In this document: positions 28,044-37,388 of the stretch, in pieces
Layout of the letters: every line of letters starts with the position of its first letter
How positions within the stretch are numbered: position 1 is the first letter of the stretch
Virus record (IMG/VR): IMGVR_UViG_3300023174_003623
Location: 1 to 64,000 of that record
Origin: a virus
Strand: one strand, 5' to 3'
DNA length: 64,000 nt
Translations under genes and position numbers: made by a program
The notes under the pieces: generated by a model
What the model was told of the DNA's origin: nothing
The model's database searches: none
Seen by the model: only the letters and a program-made list of their open reading frames with translations

Positions 28044-29852
28044 ATGACAACAAAAACAAATTACATGGGAATTGATATTGATTATTCTCGTGATAAACTC
28101 TTTGATGAACTTGGGCTTAAACGTCTAAAAGAATCTTACATGCTAGATTATGAAACTTCACCACAAGAAAGGTTTGCATATGTTTCAAAAACTTTTGGGT
28201 CGAATGATGCTCATTCTCAACGGTTGTATGAATACTCTTCTAATCATTGGTTGTCTTACTCTACTCCCATTCTTAGTTTTGGGCGTTCTGTTCGTGGTCT
28301 TCCCATTTCTTGTTTTCTTAACTATATTGAGGATACTGCGGAAGGTTTGGTCAATAATCTCTCTGAAACGAATTGGCTCAGCATGTTTGGCGGTGGCGTG
28401 GGGATTGGGTTTGGTATTCGCAGTGCCAGTGATAAGTCTACTGGTGTTATGTCACACCTTAAGCTGTATGATGCGTCTAGTTTGGCCTATCGTCAAGGAC
28501 GTACTCGGCGCGGTAGTTATGCTGCCTATCTTGACATCAGTCATCCTGATATCATTAATTTTCTCGAAATGCGAAAGCCTACGGGGGACCAAAACCTCAG
28601 AGCATTAAACATGCATCATGGAATTAATATCACTGATGATTTCATGCAAATTATAGAAAAATGTATGTTAGATTCTGAAGCTGATGACACATGGAATCTT
28701 GTAGACCCACATAGCAATGAAATTCATGAGAAAGTATCAGCTAAAGAACTTTGGCAAAAAATTCTTGAAACTCGTATGCTTACTGGTGAACCATACTTGC
28801 ATTTTATTGATACAAGTAATAAGCATTTACCACCTTGGCAAAAAGAATTAGGTCTTACAATTAAACAATCTAACTTGTGTTCAGAAATTACTCTTCCTAC
28901 TAATAAGAATCGTACAGCAGTATGTTGTTTGTCTTCAGTAAATTTGGAGTATTACGATGAGTGGAAAGATAATGAGTTATTTCTTAAAGACATTGCTGAA
29001 ATGCTTGATAATGTATTACAGTATTTCATTGATAACGCACCCGACTCTATCGCACGAGCAAAGTTTTCTGCTTGGTGTGAGCGTTCCATTGGGGTTGGCG
29101 CTCTTGGATTTCATGCGTATCTTCAAAGCAAAATGATTCCTTGGGAGTCATCCATGGCTGTGGGTACTAATAAAAAGATATTTAAGCATATTCGCGATAA
29201 GCTTAATATTGCTAACGTACAACTTGGATTGTTTCGTGGATCTCCTCAAGATGCATTTGGTACTGGATTACGATTTAGCCATCTAATGGCGATTGCTCCG
29301 AATGCTTCAAGTTCTATTATCATGGGTAATACATCTCCTTCAGTAGAACCGTATAGAGCAAATGCATATCGTCAGGATACTTTGTCTGGTTCAAGTTTTG
29401 TAAAGAATAAGTTTCTTGATAAACTTTTATGGGAAAAAGTAGGAAATCATGATCATAACGAACAAGAGATGGCAGATATTTGGTCATCGATTATTGCAAA
29501 TGATGGATCAGTTCAACATCTTGATATTCTTTCTGAATGGGAAAGAGATGTATTTAAGACATCAATGGAAATTGACCAACGTTGGGTAATTCAACATGCG
29601 GCTGATCGGCAAGAATTTATTGATCAAGCACAATCATTGAATACTTTCTTTCGTCCTGATGTAAATATTAAATATCTTCATGCAGTTCACTTCATGGCTT
29701 GGAAACAAGGTCTAAAGACTCTTTATTATTGCCGTTCAGAAAAAATTGGTAAAGCAGATAAAGTTTCTAAGAAGATTCAAAGACAGATCATTCAAGAGAT
29801 TGATTTAAAACAACTAACAGACGGTGATACCTGTCTAGCTTGCGAAGGTTAA
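28044..29852 (+). CDS. nrdA: Ribonucleotide reductase class Ia alpha subunit (short, no ATP cone)
   Basis: PISCFL, SNLCSEI, APNASSS, KTLYYCR, C-terminal CLACEG. Confidence 0.95.
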   Translation: MTTKTNYMGIDIDYSRDKLFDELGLKRLKESYMLDYETSPQERFAYVSKTFGSNDAHSQRLYEYSSNHWLSYSTPILSFGRSVRGLPISCFLNYIEDTAEGLVNNLSETNWLSMFGGGVGIGFGIRSASDKSTGVMSHLKLYDASSLAYRQGRTRRGSYAAYLDISHPDIINFLEMRKPTGDQNLRALNMHHGINITDDFMQIIEKCMLDSEADDTWNLVDPHSNEIHEKVSAKELWQKILETRMLTGEPYLHFIDTSNKHLPPWQKELGLTIKQSNLCSEITLPTNKNRTAVCCLSSVNLEYYDEWKDNELFLKDIAEMLDNVLQYFIDNAPDSIARAKFSAWCERSIGVGALGFHAYLQSKMIPWESSMAVGTNKKIFKHIRDKLNIANVQLGLFRGSPQDAFGTGLRFSHLMAIAPNASSSIIMGNTSPSVEPYRANAYRQDTLSGSSFVKNKFLDKLLWEKVGNHDHNEQEMADIWSSIIANDGSVQHLDILSEWERDVFKTSMEIDQRWVIQHAADRQEFIDQAQSLNTFFRPDVNIKYLHAVHFMAWKQGLKTLYYCRSEKIGKADKVSKKIQRQIIQEIDLKQLTDGDTCLACEG

Positions 29853-29858
29853 ACTATA

Positions 29859-30833
29859 ATGCCAAAGAAATTAAAACTTACAGATGAGCGTCAATACTTT
29901 AAACCGTTCTCGTATCCTTGGGCGTATGATTCATGGCTTAAGCATGAACAATCTCATTGGATTCATACTGAAGTTCCTATGCTTGAAGATGTTAAAGATT
30001 GGAAGAAACGTTTAAGTAAAGAAGAACAGACTTTTCTTACTAACATCTTTAGATTCTTTACTCAAGGTGATATTGATGTTGCTGGTGGATATGTGAATAA
30101 CTATCTACCATATTTTCCACAACCAGAAGTAAGAATGATGCTTTGTGGTTTTGCTGCGCGTGAAGCACTTCATGTTGCCGCTTATTCTCATCTTATTGAA
30201 ACTCTTGGAATGCCTGAAACTACATACAATGAGTTCATGCAATATGAAGAGATGAAGGCTAAGCATGATTTCTTTGCTCAGATTGCAGGACAAGATGCAC
30301 AGACAATTGCTCAACAGATTGCAGCTTTCTCTGCATTTACTGAAGGTATGCAATTGTTTTCATCCTTTATCATGTTGCTCAATTTTCCTCGGCATGGTAA
30401 AATGAAAGGTATGGGTCAAATTATTACTTGGTCTATTGTCGATGAAACAATGCACGCTGAATCTATGATTAAGCTATTCAGAACGTTTATTGAAGAAAAT
30501 CGAGACATTTGGAATGACGAACTTAAATCTGAAATCTATAAGATTGCAGAAAAGATGGTAGAACTTGAAGATAAATTTATTGATCTAGCATTTTCAATTG
30601 GGCCAATGGAGGGATTAAATGGGGATGATGTTAAGCGTTATATTCGGTATATTGCTGATCGTAGGCTTATCTCTCTTGGCCTTAAAGGGATTTTCAAAGT
30701 AAAGAAGAACCCTTTACCTTGGGTAGAAGAAATGGTTAATGCACCGATTCATACGAACTTCTTTGAGAATCGTGCTACAGATTATGCAAAAGGTGCATTG
30801 AGTGGTTCTTGGGAAGACGTTTGGGCAAATTAA
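29859..30833 (+). CDS. nrdB: Ribonucleotide reductase beta subunit
   Basis: FFTQGD, EALH..AYS, DETMH and NFFE motifs. Confidence 0.95.
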   Translation: MPKKLKLTDERQYFKPFSYPWAYDSWLKHEQSHWIHTEVPMLEDVKDWKKRLSKEEQTFLTNIFRFFTQGDIDVAGGYVNNYLPYFPQPEVRMMLCGFAAREALHVAAYSHLIETLGMPETTYNEFMQYEEMKAKHDFFAQIAGQDAQTIAQQIAAFSAFTEGMQLFSSFIMLLNFPRHGKMKGMGQIITWSIVDETMHAESMIKLFRTFIEENRDIWNDELKSEIYKIAEKMVELEDKFIDLAFSIGPMEGLNGDDVKRYIRYIADRRLISLGLKGIFKVKKNPLPWVEEMVNAPIHTNFFENRATDYAKGALSGSWEDVWAN

Positions 30834-30848
30834 TAAGGAATCTTTAAT

Positions 30849-31742
30849 ATGGTTTTGATGGAAAATGATTATTCTCGTATGGTTATGTCAAAATATGGAC
30901 CAATGTTATTTTTTAAATACGATGATCCCATAGGTACTTGTTTAACTTTATATGGTGAATGGGCTGAACAAGAATTTGATGTTATTTCTCAATTAGTAAC
31001 TCCAACTACTAATTGTATAGATATTGGTTCAAATATAGGAACACATAGCGTTTGGTTATCTAAAAAATGTAAGAATGGAGTTGTTTTTTCAATTGAACCT
31101 CAATTTTATATATTTAATTTTTTAACTACAAATTTAATGTTAAATGATTGTTTAAATTGTTTTCCATTAAAAGCTTTTATTTCAAATGTTGATTCCAAAT
31201 TTATCGGTGCCCCAATAATGGGGCCATCTTCTGATAAGTATAATTATGGTGAATATAATATAAATTTATGTTCTAAAATAAATGATGGTATACCAACTCA
31301 AGCAATACGTTTAGATGATATAGAATATATGCGTAAGTATGATATTGGTTTTATTAAAATGGATTGTGAAGGTACAGAAACAGACGTATTTACATCTGGT
31401 CATAATATTTTAACTAAAAATAAACCCAATTTATATATTGAACATAATGGTGTAAACGGTCATCAATCTGTAGTAGATATATTAAATGAATACGGATATA
31501 ATTGTTATTGGCATGTATATCCGAAACATAATATTGATAATCATAATAAATTTAATCAAAACATATATTTGCATGAACATGAAATGAATTTAATTCCAAC
31601 CGTAAAAATTGCTTCTCGTTTATTTGAATCTAATTTAGTATGCATTCATAAAGATAAAGACCAAGGTGCTTTCCAAGATAAAGTGTTATATGAAGATAGT
31701 ATAATTAAATGGCTATTAAGAAATAATTGGATAGTTGAATAG
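30849..31742 (+). CDS. FkbM-family methyltransferase
   Basis: IDIGSNIGTH, IEPQ, FIKMDCEG.E. Confidence 0.85.
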   Translation: MVLMENDYSRMVMSKYGPMLFFKYDDPIGTCLTLYGEWAEQEFDVISQLVTPTTNCIDIGSNIGTHSVWLSKKCKNGVVFSIEPQFYIFNFLTTNLMLNDCLNCFPLKAFISNVDSKFIGAPIMGPSSDKYNYGEYNINLCSKINDGIPTQAIRLDDIEYMRKYDIGFIKMDCEGTETDVFTSGHNILTKNKPNLYIEHNGVNGHQSVVDILNEYGYNCYWHVYPKHNIDNHNKFNQNIYLHEHEMNLIPTVKIASRLFESNLVCIHKDKDQGAFQDKVLYEDSIIKWLLRNNWIVE

Positions 31743-31783
31743 TTAATAAATATTAGCATCAGATAGAATATTATGGTGCTAAT

Positions 31784-32197
31784 ATGTGGTTATATGAAAA
31801 TAAGGAAATAGATCATGAACTTTCCCAAGAATATTACGGGTTCGTTTACCTTATTCAAAACACAATATCGGGTAAATCCTATATTGGCCGTAAATACTTC
31901 ACCAAAGCATCTACCAGACAAGTCAAAGGAAAAAGAAAAAAAATTCGAAAAGACTCAGGATGGCAAGAGTATTGGGGATCATCTACAAAGTTGTTAGAAG
32001 AAATAGATAAACTTGGAAAAGATTTTTTTAAACGATCTATTTTACGTTTATGTAAAACTCGTGGGGAATGTAATTATTGGGAAGCTAAATTACAATTCCA
32101 ACAAGATGTTTTGTGTGCAAGGCTTGACAACGGTGAAGAAGCATACTATAATGACAACATATTGATGAAGTTTACAAGAAAGAATATAGGAAAATAG
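31784..32197 (+). CDS. GIY-YIG endonuclease (endonuclease II/DenA-like)
   Basis: YGFVYLI..SYIGRK, YWGSS, YYN. Confidence 0.85.
   Translation: MWLYENKEIDHELSQEYYGFVYLIQNTISGKSYIGRKYFTKASTRQVKGKRKKIRKDSGWQEYWGSSTKLLEEIDKLGKDFFKRSILRLCKTRGECNYWEAKLQFQQDVLCARLDNGEEAYYNDNILMKFTRKNIGK
32124..32152 (+). promoter_or_regulatory. Perfect sigma70 promoter inside the GIY-YIG gene, likely driving the tRNA cluster
   Basis: TTGACA(32124)-17-TATAAT(32147). Confidence 0.75.
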
Positions 32198-32201
32198 AAT
32201 T

Positions 32202-32275
32202 CTGCGCGTAGCTCAGCTGGATAGAGCATTCGGCTTCTACCCGAATGGTCGGGGGTTCGAATCCCTCCGCGCAGG
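32202..32275 (+). tRNA. tRNA-Arg(TCT), CCA not encoded
   Basis: CTGCGCG/CGCGCAG acceptor stem; anticodon arm TTCGG-CTTCTAC-CCGAA; GTTCGAA. Confidence 0.9.
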
Positions 32276-32324
32276 CAATTAATAATAATATTCCTGATTG
32301 ATAGCAAAAAGCAAGAAAATAAAT

Positions 32325-32409
32325 GCGAATGTGGCGGAACGGTTTACGCACAAGACTTAAAATCTTGCGGGATTATCCCATATGGGTTCGAATCCCATCA
32401 TTCGTACCA
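32325..32409 (+). tRNA. tRNA-Leu(TAA)
   Basis: CAAGA-CTTAAAA-TCTTG, long variable arm, CCA. Confidence 0.92.
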
Positions 32410-32417
32410 AATACAAC

Positions 32418-32493
32418 GCCCCCGTAGCTCAGCGGTTAGAGCAGACGGCTTATATCCGTCCGGTCGGTGGTTCAATTCCATCCGGGGGTACCA
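32418..32493 (+). tRNA. tRNA-Ile(TAT)
   Basis: GACGG-CTTATAT-CCGTC anticodon arm; discriminator A plus CCA. Confidence 0.88.
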
Positions 32494-32503
32494 AATAAAA
32501 TAT

Positions 32504-32596
32504 GGGTGAGTTGATGCTATGGTGTGTGCATCTCCAGACTGTAAATCTGGTCCCTCTGGGTAAACATTGTCAGTTCGACTCTGACCTCACCCACCA
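32504..32596 (+). tRNA. tRNA-Tyr(GTA)
   Basis: GGGTGAG/CTCACCC, CCAGA-CTGTAAA-TCTGG, long variable arm, CCA. Confidence 0.88.
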
Positions 32597-32604
32597 TATA
32601 AAAT

Positions 32605-32678
32605 GCGGGATTGGTATAGGGGCTGTGCCTTAGCCTTCCAAGCTAAAGAGACCGGTTCAAATCCGGTATCCCGCTCCA
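32605..32678 (+). tRNA. tRNA-Gly(TCC)
   Basis: GCGGGAT/ATCCCGC, TTAGC-CTTCCAA-GCTAA, U73 plus CCA. Confidence 0.9.
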
Positions 32679-32682
32679 TTTC

Positions 32683-32757
32683 GGGATTGTGGTGAAATGG
32701 TATCACAACGGACTTTTAATCCGTAAATTTTGGGTTCAAGTCCCAACGATCCCACCA
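32683..32757 (+). tRNA. tRNA-Lys(TTT)
   Basis: ACGGA-CTTTTAA-TCCGT, CCA. Confidence 0.9.
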
Positions 32758-32759
32758 AA

Positions 32760-33098
32760 TTATTTTTTTCTGTGTTTAGAATGTATTATGTCTATACGCA
32801 GTGTATGTAAAAAGAAAAGTAAAGTTGTTCCGGCAATCCAAAAATTAAATAAAATTTCACCAAAAAATCCAAGATTTTGATAGGACAAAGGAAATTGTGG
32901 TCCGTATATCCATCCTAATATCATTGAAATCATAATTAAAAATGAACTACATGCTATATACCACAAACAGGTGCTTAACCATGTTGGAATAACTCGACTG
33001 TGAACTGCTATATAAAGACCACCAATAAAGACAGTTAAATGGCAAATGAAGTTGATTGGTAATGATAATGAAGTTAATAACATTACTATATCAGTCAT
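32760..33098 (-). CDS. Membrane protein (about 3 TM)
   Basis: Three hydrophobic segments and a basic C-terminus. Confidence 0.65.
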   Translation of the reverse strand: MTDIVMLLTSLSLPINFICHLTVFIGGLYIAVHSRVIPTWLSTCLWYIACSSFLIMISMILGWIYGPQFPLSYQNLGFFGEILFNFWIAGTTLLFFLHTLRIDIIHSKHRKK

Positions 33099-33104
33099 AT
33101 ATGA

Positions 33105-33443
33105 TTAATCCTTATTATTAGTGTGACGAATATCATTTACAACCGATACAATATCGTTGTTTTGATGTTTTTGTAAAAAGTTAGCAATCATACCAAGAAC
33201 ACTATATGATGCAAACCCCACACAAAATCCAGATACACCATAATTTTCTATTGATTGTGAAAGGCCAATAACTTCAAGTAAAGTAGTTGAGAATATAATT
33301 GCGGTACCAACTGAAACACCACCGCGAATAAATGCTTCACCTATAGTTTTTGGTCGAATGAATGTTAGAATAGCAGCACCACCAAAAAAGCCACCAATCA
33401 TTGATGCAAATTTAACTGATATGTAAGTGGTAGGTTCTGCCAT
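33105..33443 (-). CDS. Holin-like membrane protein (about 3 TM)
   Basis: Gly-rich TM helices (GGFFGG; GFCVGF), charged C-terminus; late promoter upstream. Confidence 0.55.
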   Translation of the reverse strand: MAEPTTYISVKFASMIGGFFGGAAILTFIRPKTIGEAFIRGGVSVGTAIIFSTTLLEVIGLSQSIENYGVSGFCVGFASYSVLGMIANFLQKHQNNDIVSVVNDIRHTNNKD

Positions 33444-33499
33444 GTATTAAACCTCTAGTTGAATAAAAAGCATAGCAAAACAAATCAAGTATTTGATGT

Positions 33500-33507
33500 T
33501 ATTTATA
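33500..33507 (-). promoter_or_regulatory. T4-type late promoter TATAAATA
   Basis: tatttata on +, 57 nt upstream of ORF 33443. Confidence 0.65.
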
Positions 33508-33541
33508 AATCTTAATAATTTTAATTAATGAGAATCATAAA

Positions 33542-34039
33542 ATGAAAGTTTACATCGGACCATATAAGAAAAATTCTGATGAACGTAAGATTAATGTTCG
33601 TATTGATAAGTACGATACATGGAATATGAACTCTACTCTTGCATATATTGTTCTTCCTATGCTTAAGCAGTTGAAGGCAACTACACATGGGTCTCCCGGA
33701 GATATGATTGAATTTGAACAAACTTCAAATTCAGCGCAATACTCCTTTCATTTCTATGAAGAAGGTGATAAACTTGCTTGGGAAAAAGGACATGAACACT
33801 GGCACCAAATTCTCGATAAAATGATTTGGTCATTCGAGCAGCTAAATACTGATTGGGAAGAACAGTTTCATTCTGGTGAACATGACTTTTATTTTGAAGA
33901 AGTCAATGATTATTGTATTATGCAATATGGGCCTAATGATACGCATAAATTTGATTCTGAAGGATACTTTAAATTTCAGAATCGTATGCAAGAAGGATTT
34001 GAATTGTTTGGGAAATATTATACAAATTTATGGGATTAA
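33542..34039 (+). CDS. Conserved phage hypothetical protein
   Basis: YDTWNM..TLA.I.LPML..., W..ILDKMIWSF, EGF.LFGKYY..LWD. Confidence 0.75.
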   Translation: MKVYIGPYKKNSDERKINVRIDKYDTWNMNSTLAYIVLPMLKQLKATTHGSPGDMIEFEQTSNSAQYSFHFYEEGDKLAWEKGHEHWHQILDKMIWSFEQLNTDWEEQFHSGEHDFYFEEVNDYCIMQYGPNDTHKFDSEGYFKFQNRMQEGFELFGKYYTNLWD

Positions 34040-34041
34040 AC

Positions 34042-34224
34042 ATGAAAAAATTTATAATCAAAGATTCTCTTGGTGGTGTATTTGAAGAGGATGTGGAATT
34101 TGTTATTCCATCGCACTCTAACCTAGAACAGGTTTGTGAATCATTTACACTTTTTCTAAAAGCATGTGGTTATAATCTTGATAACCAATATGTTACAATA
34201 GATCATCATGATGACTTAAGATGA
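34042..34224 (+). CDS. Small hypothetical protein
   Basis: F..FLKACGY motif. Confidence 0.6.
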   Translation: MKKFIIKDSLGGVFEEDVEFVIPSHSNLEQVCESFTLFLKACGYNLDNQYVTIDHHDDLR

Positions 34225-34952
34225 AAACATATATATTTGATGTTGATGGTGTATTGGCTACACCTAATGAACCAATTGAATCAAATTTTATGCGTATGTT
34301 TGAGCATTGGATGCTTAAAAAAGACGTATACATTTGTACTAACAATACTTATCAAAACATTTTACCTAGACTTGGACGTAGAATTTTAGATAATTGTCAA
34401 GCAGTTTTTACTTGTGGTGGCAATTCTATATGGAGAGGAAATAAAGAACATGTACGAAGTGTTTGGCGTCCCTCATTTGAATTGACCTCTTTTCTTGAAT
34501 CTTTGCTGAAAACCTCAGAATTTAAAATGAGAGTTGGGCCAAATATTGAATATCGCACAGGAATGATTAACTTTTCTTTAGTTGGAAAAACTGCAACAGA
34601 AGATGAGATTAAACGTTATGTACAATGGGATAAGCACGCAAAAGAAAAGAAAGCTTTTATAGAAAGTATTAAATCTTTTTTTCCACAATTGAGTGTGACT
34701 CTTGGTAGCGATACTTCTATTGATATTTGTGAAAAATCTAATGACAAATCACAAATTTATCAATTTTTTAAAACTAAAACTGATGTTACTTCTGTTTTTC
34801 ATTCTACATATGGTACAAATAAAGAAATGCAAGAATGTATAAAAACCCTAACAGAAAATTATGTTTTAATTAATCAAATAGAAATTAAATCTATATTTAA
34901 TACTATTATTAGTAATAGTCCTGAAGATACAAAAAAATTATTGAGATTGTAA
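34221..34952 (+). CDS. HAD-IIB hydrolase, eukaryote-type phosphomannomutase-like
   Basis: FDVDGVL, IEYRTGMINFSLVG, G..TSIDI and DK motifs. Confidence 0.7.
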   Translation: MKTYIFDVDGVLATPNEPIESNFMRMFEHWMLKKDVYICTNNTYQNILPRLGRRILDNCQAVFTCGGNSIWRGNKEHVRSVWRPSFELTSFLESLLKTSEFKMRVGPNIEYRTGMINFSLVGKTATEDEIKRYVQWDKHAKEKKAFIESIKSFFPQLSVTLGSDTSIDICEKSNDKSQIYQFFKTKTDVTSVFHSTYGTNKEMQECIKTLTENYVLINQIEIKSIFNTIISNSPEDTKKLLRL

Positions 34953-34964
34953 ACTAAAAATATA

Positions 34965-34993
34965 TTGACTTTTATTTTTGTGTGTATTACAAT
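34965..34993 (+). promoter_or_regulatory. sigma70-type promoter
   Basis: TTGACT-17-TACAAT. Confidence 0.65.
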
Positions 34994-35046
34994 TGATAAA
35001 TGGGTGCTAGTGACCAACACTAGAATTATTGAACTGGAGATATAAT

Positions 35047-35235
35047 ATGAGTAAAACCGAAAAACTTCTTCGCGCACTTGAACGTGGTCAGCATCTTACT
35101 GCTCGTCAGATTACTGCTCGCTTCAAGCTTGTTAATCCTCGTGCCGCTGTTTCGAATATTCGCATTCGTCATGGCGTTAACGTTGAAATTAACAAGGGTA
35201 AGAACGGCTCTAAGTATAGTGTTGCTGTAGGTTAA
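35047..35235 (+). CDS. Small winged-helix DNA-binding protein
   Basis: LL.AL..G..LTA.QI..RF...NPRA.VS.IR; SD GGAGA. Confidence 0.7.
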   Translation: MSKTEKLLRALERGQHLTARQITARFKLVNPRAAVSNIRIRHGVNVEINKGKNGSKYSVAVG

Positions 35236-35261
35236 TTGCTAGACTTAGATTAGGTTCTAAT

Positions 35262-35292
35262 AAGAGGGTCTTTCGAGACCCTCTTTCATTTT
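35262..35292 (+). terminator. Rho-independent terminator
   Basis: AAGAGGGTCT-TTCG-AGACCCTCTT then T-rich tail. Confidence 0.85.
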
Positions 35293-35307
35293 GTTAAAGA
35301 GGATATT

Positions 35308-36249
35308 ATGCCAATTGCAGTTGATGAACTTTCAAAAAATTCTATGGGTGGAACTGAACGAATGAAGTATGGTCTTCAAGATAGAATTTCCCCAGAAATC
35401 CTAGATAAGTTTCAAATTATTTGTTCTCGTGTAAGGGAAATTGATCCTAAACTTATTCCAATTTATTGGCTTCATGATCTACCAGAAGATCCCGAATCGG
35501 AACATCTAAAGTCAGGTGGGTGGAATAAATTTGAAAAAAATGTATTTGTATCTAATTGGCAAATGCAATCTTATATTAAACATTTTAATATGCCATGGCA
35601 TAAAAGCTTAGTCATTCAAAATGCTATTGAACCAATTCCACTTGTCAAAAAATCTGTTGACAAGATTAAGCTTATCTATCATACTACTCCACATCGAGGA
35701 TTAAATCTCTTAGTTCCAGTTTTTATTAAACTTGCAGAAAAGTATGATAATATTGAACTAGATGTGTTTTCTAGTTTTGAGATTTATGGTTGGAAGCAAC
35801 GTGATGAGCCATTTGAGGCTTTGTTTGATCTTTGTAGAAACCACCCTAAGATTAATTATCATGGGTTTCAACCAAATGATGTTGTACGCAAAGCCTTACA
35901 AGAATCGCACATTTTTGCATACCCTTCTATTTGGCTTGAAACATCTTGTATTGCTTTGATGGAAGCTATGAGTGCAGGATGCCTTTGTGTTCATCCGAAT
36001 TATGGTGCTCTGCCTGAAACATCCGCTGGTTTCAATTGGATGTATCAGTATCGTGAAGACCTTCGAGATCATATGGTTGTTTTCTATTCTATATTAGATA
36101 AAGCGATTGCTTCAGTCTTACATGAAGAAGTTCAAATTTCTCTTGAGACTACAAAAAGTTATATCGATACTTTTTATAATTGGAATAGACGAATTGAAGA
36201 ATGGGACAATTTTCTAAAATCTATCTTGAGAGAAAAGAAGCTACTCTAA
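35308..36249 (+). CDS. GT-B glycosyltransferase (GT4-like)
   Basis: GGTE, WLHD, PHRGL, YPS...ETSCI..MEAM..G, GALPET. Confidence 0.85.
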   Translation: MPIAVDELSKNSMGGTERMKYGLQDRISPEILDKFQIICSRVREIDPKLIPIYWLHDLPEDPESEHLKSGGWNKFEKNVFVSNWQMQSYIKHFNMPWHKSLVIQNAIEPIPLVKKSVDKIKLIYHTTPHRGLNLLVPVFIKLAEKYDNIELDVFSSFEIYGWKQRDEPFEALFDLCRNHPKINYHGFQPNDVVRKALQESHIFAYPSIWLETSCIALMEAMSAGCLCVHPNYGALPETSAGFNWMYQYREDLRDHMVVFYSILDKAIASVLHEEVQISLETTKSYIDTFYNWNRRIEEWDNFLKSILREKKLL

Positions 36250-37379
36250 TGCCTAGTGTTAACAAACTTGCTGATAAAATTTTTGCCGAAAAAATTCATG
36301 GTGCAGAACCAATTTATAAAAAGGTCATCTCTACTAAGAGCGATCCTATGATTGGTAAAATGCTGAATTGGTACAACTTTATGGCTGAAGATAAAGATAA
36401 GGATATTTGGCTTACTGATTATATGAAGAATACTGGATACAGTACATCAGATGTATCTAGTATTATCAACCTACAGGGATTAGGGGCAGTGAGTAAAAAC
36501 TCTGCTTCTATTCTTGCAAGGATTGAGTCAAATGGAACTATTTTTTCTGGTGAGTTGGAAGGTATTGTTAAAGACAAGATTGAACATGCTTTAACTTTTA
36601 AGCAGAAAGTAACAGAACAGGAAACTGTTATTTCAAAAGTTGTTTCCATTCAAGATCGAGTTAAAGCTGTGGCTGAACAACATGTTGTGTTTGTAGATGA
36701 TCAAATTTCTTCTTGGTTTCAAAATCGTCAAAAGAAAATTGACTTTTCTTTATATGATTATCTTCAGAAAAACCAACTTAATAGTCAAATTTGCAATCAT
36801 ATCAAATCTTGTATCAGTTCTCGATACGAAGAACATGCTGAGATGGTTGCGGGTAATGATGAGCAGTTGAACGAGGCTTATGCATATCTTTCACTTTCTT
36901 CAAAGAAAGAAATTTTAAAGCAATTGAAATTATGCTTATCTGACATTGAGCGTTATGTTGGTAACGTAAAGGCTGCTAAACCTAAACAAACTAGAAAAAA
37001 GAAGCCGATCTCAATTGCGAAACAGATAAATAATCTTAAATATCAAAGAGAATTTACTAAGTTTAAGATTAAGTCAATTTCTCCTGAGAGTATTATTGGT
37101 GCTCAACAACTTTGGGTTTTTAATACTAAGTACAATCATTTATCGATGTTAAATACTGATAATCCAAAGGGGTTCTCAGTAAAGGGTACTACGATTTTAA
37201 ATATCGATACTCAAACTAGCATTAAGAAAACTGTGCGAAAACCAGAAGAAACTATTCAAAAAGTTTTAAATGGAGGAAAAGTAGTACTAAAGAAACTAAT
37301 GTCTGAACTTAAAACAAAATCGATTGATGTTAATGGTAGAGTTAGCGATGATTGTATATTATTAAAAGCAATAAAATAA
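36249..37379 (+). CDS. Conserved T4-like hypothetical protein
   Basis: IIGAQQLWVFNTK, VKGTTI, RKPE and NGR motifs; ATG overlaps the upstream stop. Confidence 0.7.
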   Translation: MPSVNKLADKIFAEKIHGAEPIYKKVISTKSDPMIGKMLNWYNFMAEDKDKDIWLTDYMKNTGYSTSDVSSIINLQGLGAVSKNSASILARIESNGTIFSGELEGIVKDKIEHALTFKQKVTEQETVISKVVSIQDRVKAVAEQHVVFVDDQISSWFQNRQKKIDFSLYDYLQKNQLNSQICNHIKSCISSRYEEHAEMVAGNDEQLNEAYAYLSLSSKKEILKQLKLCLSDIERYVGNVKAAKPKQTRKKKPISIAKQINNLKYQREFTKFKIKSISPESIIGAQQLWVFNTKYNHLSMLNTDNPKGFSVKGTTILNIDTQTSIKKTVRKPEETIQKVLNGGKVVLKKLMSELKTKSIDVNGRVSDDCILLKAIK

Positions 37380-37388
37380 GGGGTCTTT

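Noticed and set aside
28150-28608. 152-aa alternative-frame ORF inside nrdA
   Set aside because: Overlaps the conserved nrdA core, no SD or motifs; likely a frame shadow
27263-30833. Introns or inteins in thyX, nrdA or nrdB
   Set aside because: All three ORFs are continuous and of compact length
32689-32880. 63-aa plus-strand ORF
   Set aside because: Starts inside tRNA-Lys and is antisense to a better membrane-protein ORF
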